64,000 nt of DNA, from positions 45,308 through 109,307 of the forward strand of contig CAVYBC010000002.1 of assembly GCA_963766615.1 (NCBI GenBank), in the 5' to 3' direction. The notes beneath the pieces are model-generated. The model had not been told where the DNA came from and did no database searches. It saw nothing but the letters and a program-made list of their open reading frames with translations. The DNA is from Terriglobia bacterium. Its GTDB lineage: Bacteria > Acidobacteriota > Terriglobia > Bryobacterales > Bryobacteraceae. Positions 9,629 through 18,810 of the stretch are shown here, one piece after another. Both the position numbers and the translations under genes were made by a program. The first letter of the stretch is position 1, and each line of letters opens with the position of its first letter.

Positions 9629-11989
9629 ATGAAAATTTTAACGGCCAGCCTGTTCTTTAGCATTCCGATCTTGGCGCAGAGCGGGCCTCAGGTGCGCCAG
9701 ACTCTGGACAAATATTGCGTCACCTGTCACAACCAGAAGACGCGAAGCGGGTCGCTGGCGCTGGATACGATGGATTTCGGCGGAGTCCCCGAGCACGGCG
9801 ACATTTGGGAAAAGGTTGTGTTGAAACTTCGCTCGGGCACTATGCCTCCGGCAGGCATGCCGAGGCCCGACCTGGTTACGTATCGTGAAACGGCATCGTG
9901 GCTCGAAGCCAAGTTGGATACGGCTAAGCCCTACGCGGGCCGGCCGCTGCTGCACCGGATGAATCGCTCCGAATATGCAAATGCGATTCGCGACCTTCTG
10001 GATCTTCAAATAGACGTCAACGCGCTCTTGCCACCTGACGATTCCGCTTTTGGGTTTGACAATATTTCAGAATCGCTGGGTGTTTCACCTGCGCTACAGG
10101 AACGGCACTTATTAGCTGCGCTGAAGATCGCGGCGCTTGCGGTGGGAGATCCTTCTCAACCGGCCTCCAGCAAAACCTGGCGCATTCGTCAGGACCTATC
10201 GCAGAATCGCCAGGTGGAGGGCCTTCCGCCAGGAACAGTGGGCGGCACGCTGGTACGTGAGAATTTTCCGCTGGACGGCACGTATCGCCTGCAAGCCAAG
10301 CTGTACCGAACTAATTTGAATATCGTGCGCGGTTTGCAGACAGGCCACCAAGTAGAATTCAGCGTGGACGGCAAGCCTGTTTATCGGACCTCGATTGGCG
10401 GTAAGGAAGATTTGGCGGCGCTGTTTGAGAAACCAACCGATACAGGCGATGCTGTGGACGCACGCCTGAATGTGGAGGTTCCCATCACTGCCGGACCGCA
10501 CATGGTGAGCGTCGCGTTTGTGCAGAACGCGCAGTTTGCTGAGCCGGTGCGGTTGCAATCGTTCTTGCGCAGTTCGGTGGACAACTTCGATTGGGCCGGT
10601 GATCCGCATCTTCAAACACTGACGGTGAGCGGGCCGTTTCACCAAACTGGCGCGGGCGATACACCCAGCCGGAAACGCATCTTTACTTGCCGTCCGCAGA
10701 GCCCTTCTAAAGAGGAAGTCTGTGCGCGGACCATCGTCACTACGCTTTTGAAACATGCCTATCGTCAGCAGCCGACGGCTCCCGAGATTCAGCAGGTGAT
10801 GGCATTCTACTCGGCTGGACGCCGCGGCGGGACTTTTGATAGCGGCATTCAGGGTGCATTGGAACGCATCTTAGCGAGCCCACGATTCCTATTCCGCGTT
10901 GAACACGAACCGGAGGGGATTGCGGCGGGCGATTTGTATCCGGTCTCGGGCGTCGAACTGGCGTCGCGGCTTTCCTTCTTCTTGTGGAGCAGCATCCCCG
11001 ACGATACGCTGCTGGACCTGGCAGGCCAGAACAAGTTGAAGGGTACGGCTGCGCTCGACGCACAAGTTCGCCGCATGCTGGCCGATCCGCGAGCCGAGTC
11101 GCTGGTGACCAACTTCGCGGGCCAATGGCTGCAGTTGCGCAACCTGGATCACTTCCAGCCCAACACCGATATATTCCCGGATTTCGACGATAATCTTCGG
11201 CAGGCGTTCATACGGGAAACACAACTTTTATTTCAGAGTGTGGTGCAAGAAGACCGCAGCGTACTGGACCTGATGACGGCCGATTACACATTTGTCAACG
11301 AACGGCTGGCGAAGCATTACGGAATTTCCGGCATTTATGGCAGCCGCTTTCGCCGTGTTCCTGTTTCGGACGAAGCTCGCAAAGGCTTGCTGGGGCAGGG
11401 AAGCATCTTGGCCTTGACCTCGCATGCCGAGCGCACTTCTCCGGTTGTCCGAGGCAAATGGGTTTTGGAGAATTTGTTAGGCCTCGAAGTTCCGCCGCCG
11501 CCTCCCGACGTTCCCCTGCTCAAGGAGAGGAAGGAAGGCGAGAAGCCGCGCACGATGCGCGAACAGATGGCGGAGCATCGAGCCAACCCGGTGTGTGCGG
11601 CGTGCCACAAGACGCTGGACCCGATCGGTTTCGCGCTGGAAAACTTCGATGCGGTAGGCGCTTGGCGTAACGACGATGCCGGCAATCCGATTGATGCTAG
11701 CGGAGTGCTGGCGGATGGCACGAAGGTCGACGGGGCGGTGGAGCTAAAAAACGGGTTGTTGAGCCGGCCTGAGAATTTCGTCACCGCTCTTACGAAGAAA
11801 CTCTTGACCTATGCTTTGGGCCGGGGGCTCGATGAGCGCGATATGCCGCAGGTGCGCACCATTGTGCAAGCAGCGGCGAAGGATAATTATCGCTTTTCGA
11901 GCCTGGTTCTGGGCATCACGCGGAGCACGCCGTTCCGCATGAGCACCGCGGTTGGCCCGATTCAAGAGGAACAGGTCGCGAAGAAGTGA
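9629..11989 (+). CDS. DUF1592/DUF1595/DUF1587/DUF1588/DUF1585-type exported protein with two CxxCH motifs (copy 1)
   Basis: Signal peptide MKILTASLFFSIPILAQ, an N-terminal CVTCH and a C-terminal CAACH. The architecture matches the planctomycete PSCyt/PSD-type family, recognised from memory. The 9599 GTG is an alternative start. Confidence 0.8.
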   Translation: MKILTASLFFSIPILAQSGPQVRQTLDKYCVTCHNQKTRSGSLALDTMDFGGVPEHGDIWEKVVLKLRSGTMPPAGMPRPDLVTYRETASWLEAKLDTAKPYAGRPLLHRMNRSEYANAIRDLLDLQIDVNALLPPDDSAFGFDNISESLGVSPALQERHLLAALKIAALAVGDPSQPASSKTWRIRQDLSQNRQVEGLPPGTVGGTLVRENFPLDGTYRLQAKLYRTNLNIVRGLQTGHQVEFSVDGKPVYRTSIGGKEDLAALFEKPTDTGDAVDARLNVEVPITAGPHMVSVAFVQNAQFAEPVRLQSFLRSSVDNFDWAGDPHLQTLTVSGPFHQTGAGDTPSRKRIFTCRPQSPSKEEVCARTIVTTLLKHAYRQQPTAPEIQQVMAFYSAGRRGGTFDSGIQGALERILASPRFLFRVEHEPEGIAAGDLYPVSGVELASRLSFFLWSSIPDDTLLDLAGQNKLKGTAALDAQVRRMLADPRAESLVTNFAGQWLQLRNLDHFQPNTDIFPDFDDNLRQAFIRETQLLFQSVVQEDRSVLDLMTADYTFVNERLAKHYGISGIYGSRFRRVPVSDEARKGLLGQGSILALTSHAERTSPVVRGKWVLENLLGLEVPPPPPDVPLLKERKEGEKPRTMREQMAEHRANPVCAACHKTLDPIGFALENFDAVGAWRNDDAGNPIDASGVLADGTKVDGAVELKNGLLSRPENFVTALTKKLLTYALGRGLDERDMPQVRTIVQAAAKDNYRFSSLVLGITRSTPFRMSTAVGPIQEEQVAKK

Positions 11990-11996
11990 GGATTTC

Positions 11997-13310
11997 ATGT
12001 TTGTAAGCAAGCTCGCTCTTTCACGCCGCACAATTTTGCGAGGAGCGGGCTCCGTCATTGCGCTGCCGTTTTTGGATGCGATGATTCCAGCCCTGACGGC
12101 CGCTGCCGCACCGCGTCTTCGTTTCGGAGCGGTCTATTTTCCCAATGGCGCGATCATGCAGCAGTTCACGCCCAAAACATTCGGCAGCGACTTTGAATTT
12201 ACGCCCATCCTGAAGCCACTGGAGCCGTTCAAAGAAAATCTTGTTGTGGTGACCAACCTCACGCGTTCGCATCCGGGCAGCCAGGTAGGCGATCATGCGG
12301 TGAGCGCCGCGGGATTTCTCACGGGCGTGTGGCCCAAGCGCACAGAAGCCGAAGATGTGCTGGCGAACACCACCATCGATCAGGTTGTGGCGCAGAAGAT
12401 CGGGCAGGAAACGCCGCTGCCTTCGCTGGAACTCGCGACAGAAGATTTTTCGGGCTACGTGGGAGGGTGCTCGCCGGGCTTCAGTTGCTCCTACATGAAT
12501 ACGATTTCGTGGAGCTCGCCTAAGACGCCTCTGCCCATGGAGACGAATCCACGCGCGGTGTTCGAGCGGCTTTTCGGCGAACCGGGCACGCCGGAGCAGC
12601 GCCACGCGCGGCTGGAGAAGCAGCGCAGCATTCTGGATTCGCTGGCCTCCGACACGAAAGATCTGGAACGAACGCTGGGGCCGCGCGACCGGGCCCGCGT
12701 GAGCGATTATCTGGACAACATCCGCGAGCTGGAGCGGCGCCTTCAGCAGACCGAAACGCGCAGCGCGACTGAGACGTCGCTGGAAGCTCCTATCGGGACA
12801 CCGGATAATTTTGACAGCCACGTGCCCATGATGTTCGATCTGGCCGCGGCGGCTTTTCAGGCAGATGTCACGCGTGTGTTCACCTTCATGATGTCGCGCG
12901 AGCTGAGCCAGAGGACTTATCCGCAGATCGGCGTGGGAGAGCAGCATCATTCTGTTTCCCATCATTTGAACGATCCAAAGAAGATGGCCACCATGGTGAA
13001 GATCAACACTTACTATGCGGGGCTGTACGCGAAGTTTCTGGAGAAACTCCGGTCGACACCGGATGGAGATGGGTCCGTGCTGGATCACTCGCTGCTGGTT
13101 TACGGCGCGGGGATGGCGGATTCGAATGGCCATGCTACCGATCCGCTACCTATGGTCTTGATTGGCGGCGGCGCGGGTAAAGGGCAGCGTCATGTGCAGC
13201 TTCCTACGCGGACACCGATCGGAAATTTGTGGCGCAACGTGGCGGAGACGTTCGGGGCTCCACAGGAACAATTCGGCGATAGCACGGGGAAGACGGATGT
13301 CCTGGCGTAA
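11997..13310 (+). CDS. DUF1552-family protein with twin-arginine signal (copy 1)
   Basis: Starts MFVSKLALSRRTILRGAGSVIALPFLDAM, which is Tat-like. It is the conserved partner of DUF1592-type genes. The ATG lies 8 nt after the upstream stop. Confidence 0.8.
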   Translation: MFVSKLALSRRTILRGAGSVIALPFLDAMIPALTAAAAPRLRFGAVYFPNGAIMQQFTPKTFGSDFEFTPILKPLEPFKENLVVVTNLTRSHPGSQVGDHAVSAAGFLTGVWPKRTEAEDVLANTTIDQVVAQKIGQETPLPSLELATEDFSGYVGGCSPGFSCSYMNTISWSSPKTPLPMETNPRAVFERLFGEPGTPEQRHARLEKQRSILDSLASDTKDLERTLGPRDRARVSDYLDNIRELERRLQQTETRSATETSLEAPIGTPDNFDSHVPMMFDLAAAAFQADVTRVFTFMMSRELSQRTYPQIGVGEQHHSVSHHLNDPKKMATMVKINTYYAGLYAKFLEKLRSTPDGDGSVLDHSLLVYGAGMADSNGHATDPLPMVLIGGGAGKGQRHVQLPTRTPIGNLWRNVAETFGAPQEQFGDSTGKTDVLA

Positions 13311-14790
13311 GGCCATCGCCGCGTTGATTGTCTGTGTGGGGCTGAATGCGGCCACGCTGAAGGAAGCTGTGGATGCCGGCGATCGCCAGACTGTTCAGGC
13401 GCTGCTGAAAGCCCATGCCGATGTGAATGCCGCGGCTCCCGACGGCGGTACGCCTCTGCTCTGGGCTGTGGGTAATGGCGATCTGGAAACTGCTCGGCTG
13501 CTGCTGCAGGCGGGGGCCAACGCGAAGGCAACCAACCGCTTCGGGGTTACGCCGCTATGGCTGGCGGCTATGAATCGCGACGTGAAGATGGCTCAAGCGC
13601 TTTTGAAAGCTAGAGCCGACGCGAACGCTGTTCTTCCAGGCGGGGAGACGATCCTCATGGAAGCTTCGCGCACCGGTAGCGGCGAATTGGTGGAACTGCT
13701 GTTGAAGAGCGGGGCCAACATCGCTGCGGCGGATCCGTCCTTTGGAGAGACGGCGCTAATGGTGGCGGCTGCCCAAAATCAGGGCGATGCGGTTCGCGTG
13801 TTGCTGAGTCATGACGCGGGTGTGAACAGCCGCACCGTCGCTCTGACATATAACAAGGATCGCTTCGGCCTGGAGGGCGTTCTGACTATCCTTCCGCACG
13901 GGAGTTGGACTCCGCTGATGTATGCGGCGCGCGAGGGAGCAATGGATTCGGTTCGGGTGCTCTGCGAGTCGGGCGCGGACTTGAACCTGGCCGATCCGGA
14001 CGGGTCCACTGCGCTGCTGCTTGCCATCGAGAATGGTCACTACGATACGGCCGCGTTGCTGCTGGAAAAAGGTGCTGACCCTAACCGGGGCGATTCGACG
14101 GGGATGGCTGCGCTTTATGCGGCGGTCGATATGAATACTTTGGGTGAGGTTTTTGGACGGCCCAATCGGGTGTCGCCCGACCACCTTTCTGCGCTTGGAC
14201 TGATGAAGGTCCTGCTGGATCGGGGAGCGAACCCGAATCAGGGATTGAAGAGCGCTACCCTGCAGCGTGCGCATACGCCGGGCGAGCCGACCCTGCAAGC
14301 GGGAGCGACTCCCATTGCAAGGGCTGCGCGCGCGGGTGATGTGGCTTCCATCGAGTTGCTGATCGCGCATGGCGGAGATGTTTCTCTGCCTCTTAAGAAC
14401 GGAACGACGGCGCTGATGTTCGCTGCCGGGCTCGGCCGGGGCGTCAGCGCGTTTGCCAAAGATTACGGGACCGAAGGGGATCTGCTTGCCGCGGCTCGGG
14501 TGCTGCTGGCGCATGGCGCCGATGTCAACGCGATCAGCGCGGCGGGCCAGACTGCGATGCACTTCGCCGCTCAGGCCGCCGACGCGAATTTTCCGCAGCC
14601 TTCCGATGACATGGTGAAATTTCTCGCCGCACATGGAGCTAAGCTCGACGTGGTGGATAAGCAAGGACGGTCGCCGATTGAAATGGCTCAGGGCAAGGGC
14701 CTGCGAGGACGAGCTGGAGGACCGGTGAAGCCTCGCGAAGGGACGATCGCGCTATTGGGCCAGTTGAAGACAGCGTCCGCCACGCATTGA
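13297..14790 (+). CDS. exported ankyrin-repeat protein (copy 1)
   Basis: Signal peptide MSWRKAIAALIVCVGLNA followed by more than 8 ANK repeats (G.TPL..A......V..LL..GA..N). The start overlaps the DUF1552 stop by 14 nt. Confidence 0.8.
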   Translation: MSWRKAIAALIVCVGLNAATLKEAVDAGDRQTVQALLKAHADVNAAAPDGGTPLLWAVGNGDLETARLLLQAGANAKATNRFGVTPLWLAAMNRDVKMAQALLKARADANAVLPGGETILMEASRTGSGELVELLLKSGANIAAADPSFGETALMVAAAQNQGDAVRVLLSHDAGVNSRTVALTYNKDRFGLEGVLTILPHGSWTPLMYAAREGAMDSVRVLCESGADLNLADPDGSTALLLAIENGHYDTAALLLEKGADPNRGDSTGMAALYAAVDMNTLGEVFGRPNRVSPDHLSALGLMKVLLDRGANPNQGLKSATLQRAHTPGEPTLQAGATPIARAARAGDVASIELLIAHGGDVSLPLKNGTTALMFAAGLGRGVSAFAKDYGTEGDLLAAARVLLAHGADVNAISAAGQTAMHFAAQAADANFPQPSDDMVKFLAAHGAKLDVVDKQGRSPIEMAQGKGLRGRAGGPVKPREGTIALLGQLKTASATH

Positions 14791-14823
14791 TCGTGATGCG
14801 AACCATCAACCAGGAGAAGGTAG

Positions 14824-15986
14824 CTAGTGTGGTGCGTCACTCAGATGCGACCTTATCCAGGGTACGACGGGCGCGAGTGACTTTTTCGAGGATATCCGAG
14901 GCCTTCGCCGTCCAGATGAAGGGTTTTGGCGCTTGGTTGTAATTCTGGATGTAGTCTTCGATAGCGGAGATTAGTTCGGGAACGCTTCGGAAAACACCAC
15001 GTCGAATCCGGTTCTCTGTGATGTCGCGAAAGAAGCGCTCGATCATATTGAGCCAAGAAGCACTGGTTGGCGTGAAATGCATGTGGACGCGCTTGTTCCG
15101 CCCCAGCCACGCTTTGACCGCCGGGTGTTTATGCGGTGAGTAGTTGTCGGCGATCACGTGGATGTGCTTTTCCTTGGGAGTATTACGGATGATCAGGCGA
15201 AGGAACGCTAACCAGTCTTCGTTGGTATGGCGGGGACGGCACTGACTGAGGACCTCGCCGGTGAGGACGTTGAGAGCCGCGAATAACGTGGTGGTTCCAT
15301 GGCGTTTGTAGTCGTGCGTCATGGTGCCCTTGCGGCCTTTCTTCATCGGCAAACCGGGCTGGGTACGATCCAAAGCTTGAATCTGGCTCTTCTCGTCCAC
15401 CGAGAATACGATGGCCTGCTGCGGTGGGTTCAAGTACAGCCCGACGATGTCTTCGAGTTTTTCAACGAACTGCGGATCGCGGCTGACTTTGAAGGTATCG
15501 ACCAGATGCGGCTTGAGCCCGTGGGCATGCCAGGCGCGTCGAACAGTAGCCTCGCTGATTCCCAAAACGCGGGCCAGGGTGCGGGTGGTCCAATGGGTCG
15601 CATGCGCTGGCTTTTCCTGCGTTGTTTTCCGGATGATTTCGTCCGGATTGATGGTTCGAGTTCTTCCTGGTCGGGGCGCATCTTTCTCAATTCCGGCCAT
15701 GCCGTACTGCAAAAATCGCGCTCTCCATCGTGCAACCGTGTGGCGCCCGAGTTGAAGCGCAGAGGCGATTTCCTGGTCTCGCTTTCCTTCGGCTGCTTGC
15801 AGGATGATGTTGGCTCGCTCCACCAATCGCAAAGCAACTGACCGGCGCCGCGCGTAGGCTGACAACTCGGATCTTTGCTCCTCCGTCAAAACAACTTGGG
15901 CGGCAACTCGCATTCGGGCTCGTCTCCTATTAAGACAAACCCGATTGGTTTGTATAAGTAGCGCTATTTACGACGCACTACACTAG
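14824..15986 (-). mobile_element. IS630-family insertion sequence, intact
   Basis: Terminal inverted repeats are CTAGTGTGGTGCGTC (14824-) and the reverse complement CTAGTGTAGTGCGTC (-15986). TA occurs at both junctions, consistent with IS630 TA target duplication. There is a single transposase ORF. Confidence 0.85.
14837..15913 (-). CDS. IS630-family DDE transposase
   Basis: 358 aa with an N-terminal HTH region and a DDE region (VFSVDEKSQIQAL...IHVIADNYSPHKH...WLNMIERFFRDIT). Confidence 0.9.
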   Translation of the reverse strand: MRVAAQVVLTEEQRSELSAYARRRSVALRLVERANIILQAAEGKRDQEIASALQLGRHTVARWRARFLQYGMAGIEKDAPRPGRTRTINPDEIIRKTTQEKPAHATHWTTRTLARVLGISEATVRRAWHAHGLKPHLVDTFKVSRDPQFVEKLEDIVGLYLNPPQQAIVFSVDEKSQIQALDRTQPGLPMKKGRKGTMTHDYKRHGTTTLFAALNVLTGEVLSQCRPRHTNEDWLAFLRLIIRNTPKEKHIHVIADNYSPHKHPAVKAWLGRNKRVHMHFTPTSASWLNMIERFFRDITENRIRRGVFRSVPELISAIEDYIQNYNQAPKPFIWTAKASDILEKVTRARRTLDKVASE

Positions 15987-16009
15987 TTGCATAGGTTATC
16001 GGGCGCATT

Positions 16010-16303
16010 GTGGTTGACACTAGACTCGCTGTGCAGCTTTGGGTGATTGGCGCGGTCCTTGGCATCGCCGGATGGGCCTTGTTCATTCGAATGGCCGTCG
16101 AGCTGAACCGGGCATTGCCTCCCGGGAAAAGACTGCCGCTCATACGGTTTCGCGAAAACCTGGATCATATCAAACGACTGCATGGTGACTACTTTCCTAA
16201 TAGCGTTGTGCGCCTGTGGGCATTCCTTCTGATTGCAGCATCCGCTAGCTTGTCCGCGACTGGCGTGATTGTTGGCGTGATTGCGGGCTCGAAGCACTGG
16301 TAA
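16010..16303 (+). CDS. hypothetical small membrane protein (two predicted TM helices)
   Basis: 97-aa ORF with a non-ATG start and two hydrophobic stretches (LWVIGAVLGIAGWALFI and LWAFLLIAASASLSATGVIVGVIAG). I recognise no homology. Confidence 0.35.
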   Translation: MVDTRLAVQLWVIGAVLGIAGWALFIRMAVELNRALPPGKRLPLIRFRENLDHIKRLHGDYFPNSVVRLWAFLLIAASASLSATGVIVGVIAGSKHW

Positions 16304-16309
16304 GCCTCG

Positions 16310-16332
16310 GGTCGCGCGACCTGCATGCAGGT
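16310..16332. promoter_or_regulatory. two overlapping perfect palindromes (GGTCGCGCGACC 16310-16321; ACCTGCATGCAGGT 16319-16332) upstream of module copy 2
   Basis: Read directly. The second palindrome shares the TGCATGCA core with the 5431 and 5506 palindromes. Confidence 0.25.
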
Positions 16333-16422
16333 TTCCCAATGTCCGTTTAAATGATGCCAGGAATCAGTTTGGATGATAGTCCACCCTTTGAGTTTCACAA
16401 CAGCTAAGCGTATACTTCTCAT

Positions 16423-18798
16423 GTGTTTATAAATCGCCGAGTCTTAGCGATCTCGATCTTCTGTATGTCTGGCTCGGCCTTGTGGGCCGATGCTGGGCAA
16501 CCGCAACGGTATACAGAGCTCACCAAGACTTATTGTGTGAAATGCCATAACGATAAGGCTAAGATCGGGGGGCTTTCCCTGCAGTCTGCCGACGTTGAGA
16601 ATGTCCCAAAGTCGGCTGAAACGTGGGAAAAAGTGATCCGCAAGATCCGCACTGGGGCGATGCCGCCGCAGGGAGTTACGCGTCCGCCCGCTGCAGAATT
16701 AGATGGGTTCGCCGGCTATCTGGAAACCTCGCTCGATAAGGCTGCCTCGGCGAAAATGAGTCCTGGCCGGTCGCCTCTTCGGCGGCTGAATCGGGCCGAA
16801 TATTCGAACGCGATTCGCGACCTGCTGAACCTGGATATCGATGTCTCCGATACGCTTCCAGCGGACGACGAAAGCAACGGGTTTGACAACATCGCCGACG
16901 CATTGCGATTCTCGCCGTCGTTGATGGAGCATTATTTGTCGGCATCCTGGAACATCAGCCGCCTGGCGGTGGGCAACCCTCAGGTTGCGCCTTCGACCTC
17001 GACGTATCGTGTCCGGCCGGACCTATCGCAGGATCAGCATATTGAAGGGTTGCCGCTGGGGAGCCGGGGAGGCATCGCCGTCCGCCACAATTTCCCCGTG
17101 GATGGCGATTACGTTCTGAAAGCGCGGCTCTGGCGCAACACTTTTGATTTATTGCGAGGCATGGAAGATCCGCACGAGATTGAGATCGCGATGGATGGGG
17201 CGCGGTTGACGTCGGTCACCATCGGCGGTCATGAGGATTTCGTCAAGATGGCGGCAAATCCCGGCGAGTTTGGAGCGGCGCTCGATCAGAAATTGACGGT
17301 TCGCACTCCGGTGAAGGCGGGTCCTCACATGGTGACGGCTACCACGATTCTGCGCAGCCACGCCGTCCGTGACGATCTGATCAAGCCTTTTATCCGGACG
17401 ACCATTGATGGCCTGGATATTACCGGAGATCCGTCGATGGACCGGCTGACAATTGAAGGTCCCAGCAATGCGAAGGGAGCCAATCAGACGCCCTCCCAAA
17501 AGCGCATTTTTGTGTGCCACCCGGAAAATCAATCGCAGGAATTGCCTTGCGCGAGGAAGATACTATCGGCTCTGTCTCAACATGCTTATCGCCGTCCCGT
17601 GAAGGATGCCGACATGGAACAGTTGCTGACATTCTTCCAGCGGGGCCGCAACAACAAGGGGACCTTCGAAGCGGGTATCGAGTCGGCGTTGCAGTTGATT
17701 CTGGCCAACCCGGAATTCCTGTTCCGCTTTGAGGACGAGCCTGCGGGCGCGCCGGGGGTGGTTTATCGGATCGACGATATTGCGCTGGCGTCGCGATTAT
17801 CGTTCTTTCTGTGGAGCTCGGTTCCGGACGATCAGCTTATGGCGCTAGCGGTGAAGGACAAGCTGAAAGATCCCGCCGTGCTGGACGCGCAGGTTCGCCG
17901 GATGCTGGCCGATCCTAAGGCTAATGCGCTGGTGGATAACTTCGCGGAGCAGTGGTTGTTTCTGAGGAATCTGAAAAACTCGGCTCCGAACATGACGGAG
18001 TTTCCGGACTTCGACGATAATCTGCGGCAGGCCATGAAGGAAGAAACCAAGCTTTTCTTCCTCAGCATCATGCATGAGGATCGCAGCATTATCGACCTGC
18101 TGAACGCGGATTATACGTTCATCAATGAGCGGCTGGCGCGGCATTACGGTATTCCTAACATTTATGGAAGCCAGTTCCGGCGGGTCTCGGTCACCGATCC
18201 AAGGCGGCGCGGCCTTTTAGGGCAGGCGAGCATCCTCACTGTTACTTCGTATCCGAACCGGACGTCTCCGGTGCAGCGCGGTAAGTGGATTCTCACCAAC
18301 ATTCTGGGAACTCCCCCGACGCCGCCTCCACCTGGTGTGCCCGAATTGAAGGAAAGTGGGGCAAATGCCCCTACGACTTTGCGGGAACGGATGGAAGCTC
18401 ATCGGGCCGATGCGGTCTGTGCCGGATGCCACAAGGTGATGGACCCGATTGGGTTCTCGCTCGAAAACTTTGATGCCATCGGACGGTGGCGCGCTTCGGA
18501 TGAAGGCGCAAAGATCGACCCGAGCGGAGTTCTTTATAACGGAATGAAGGTTTCGGGACCTGAGGATTTGCGGGCCATGTTAACGGCTCGGCCCGAGAAC
18601 TTTGCGGGCATCGCAGTGGAGCGGTTATTGACCTATGGAATCGGGCGCGGGCTTGACTATAGCGATATGCCGATGGTGCGGAAGATTGTCAGTCAGGCCG
18701 CTGGTCAGAACTTCCGTTTCTCGTCGCTGATTCTTGGGATTGTGGATAGCCCGGCGTTCCAGATGAAAGAGCACAAGACGCAAATTGCTTCGCGTTGA
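16423..18798 (+). CDS. DUF1592-type exported protein with two CxxCH motifs (copy 2)
   Basis: 791 aa with a GTG start, containing CVKCH and CAGCH. It is collinear with copy 1 at roughly half identity by eye. Confidence 0.8.
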   Translation: MFINRRVLAISIFCMSGSALWADAGQPQRYTELTKTYCVKCHNDKAKIGGLSLQSADVENVPKSAETWEKVIRKIRTGAMPPQGVTRPPAAELDGFAGYLETSLDKAASAKMSPGRSPLRRLNRAEYSNAIRDLLNLDIDVSDTLPADDESNGFDNIADALRFSPSLMEHYLSASWNISRLAVGNPQVAPSTSTYRVRPDLSQDQHIEGLPLGSRGGIAVRHNFPVDGDYVLKARLWRNTFDLLRGMEDPHEIEIAMDGARLTSVTIGGHEDFVKMAANPGEFGAALDQKLTVRTPVKAGPHMVTATTILRSHAVRDDLIKPFIRTTIDGLDITGDPSMDRLTIEGPSNAKGANQTPSQKRIFVCHPENQSQELPCARKILSALSQHAYRRPVKDADMEQLLTFFQRGRNNKGTFEAGIESALQLILANPEFLFRFEDEPAGAPGVVYRIDDIALASRLSFFLWSSVPDDQLMALAVKDKLKDPAVLDAQVRRMLADPKANALVDNFAEQWLFLRNLKNSAPNMTEFPDFDDNLRQAMKEETKLFFLSIMHEDRSIIDLLNADYTFINERLARHYGIPNIYGSQFRRVSVTDPRRRGLLGQASILTVTSYPNRTSPVQRGKWILTNILGTPPTPPPPGVPELKESGANAPTTLRERMEAHRADAVCAGCHKVMDPIGFSLENFDAIGRWRASDEGAKIDPSGVLYNGMKVSGPEDLRAMLTARPENFAGIAVERLLTYGIGRGLDYSDMPMVRKIVSQAAGQNFRFSSLILGIVDSPAFQMKEHKTQIASR

Positions 18799-18810
18799 TC
18801 GGAGATTAGC

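Noticed and set aside
12021-13133. Long antisense ORFs (for example 12021-13133, 13756-14664, 22808-23638, 58935-60167, 8110-8865)
   Set aside because: These are shadow ORFs typical of high-GC DNA. They have Arg/His/Gln-rich nonsense-like composition and lie opposite genes with clear homology.
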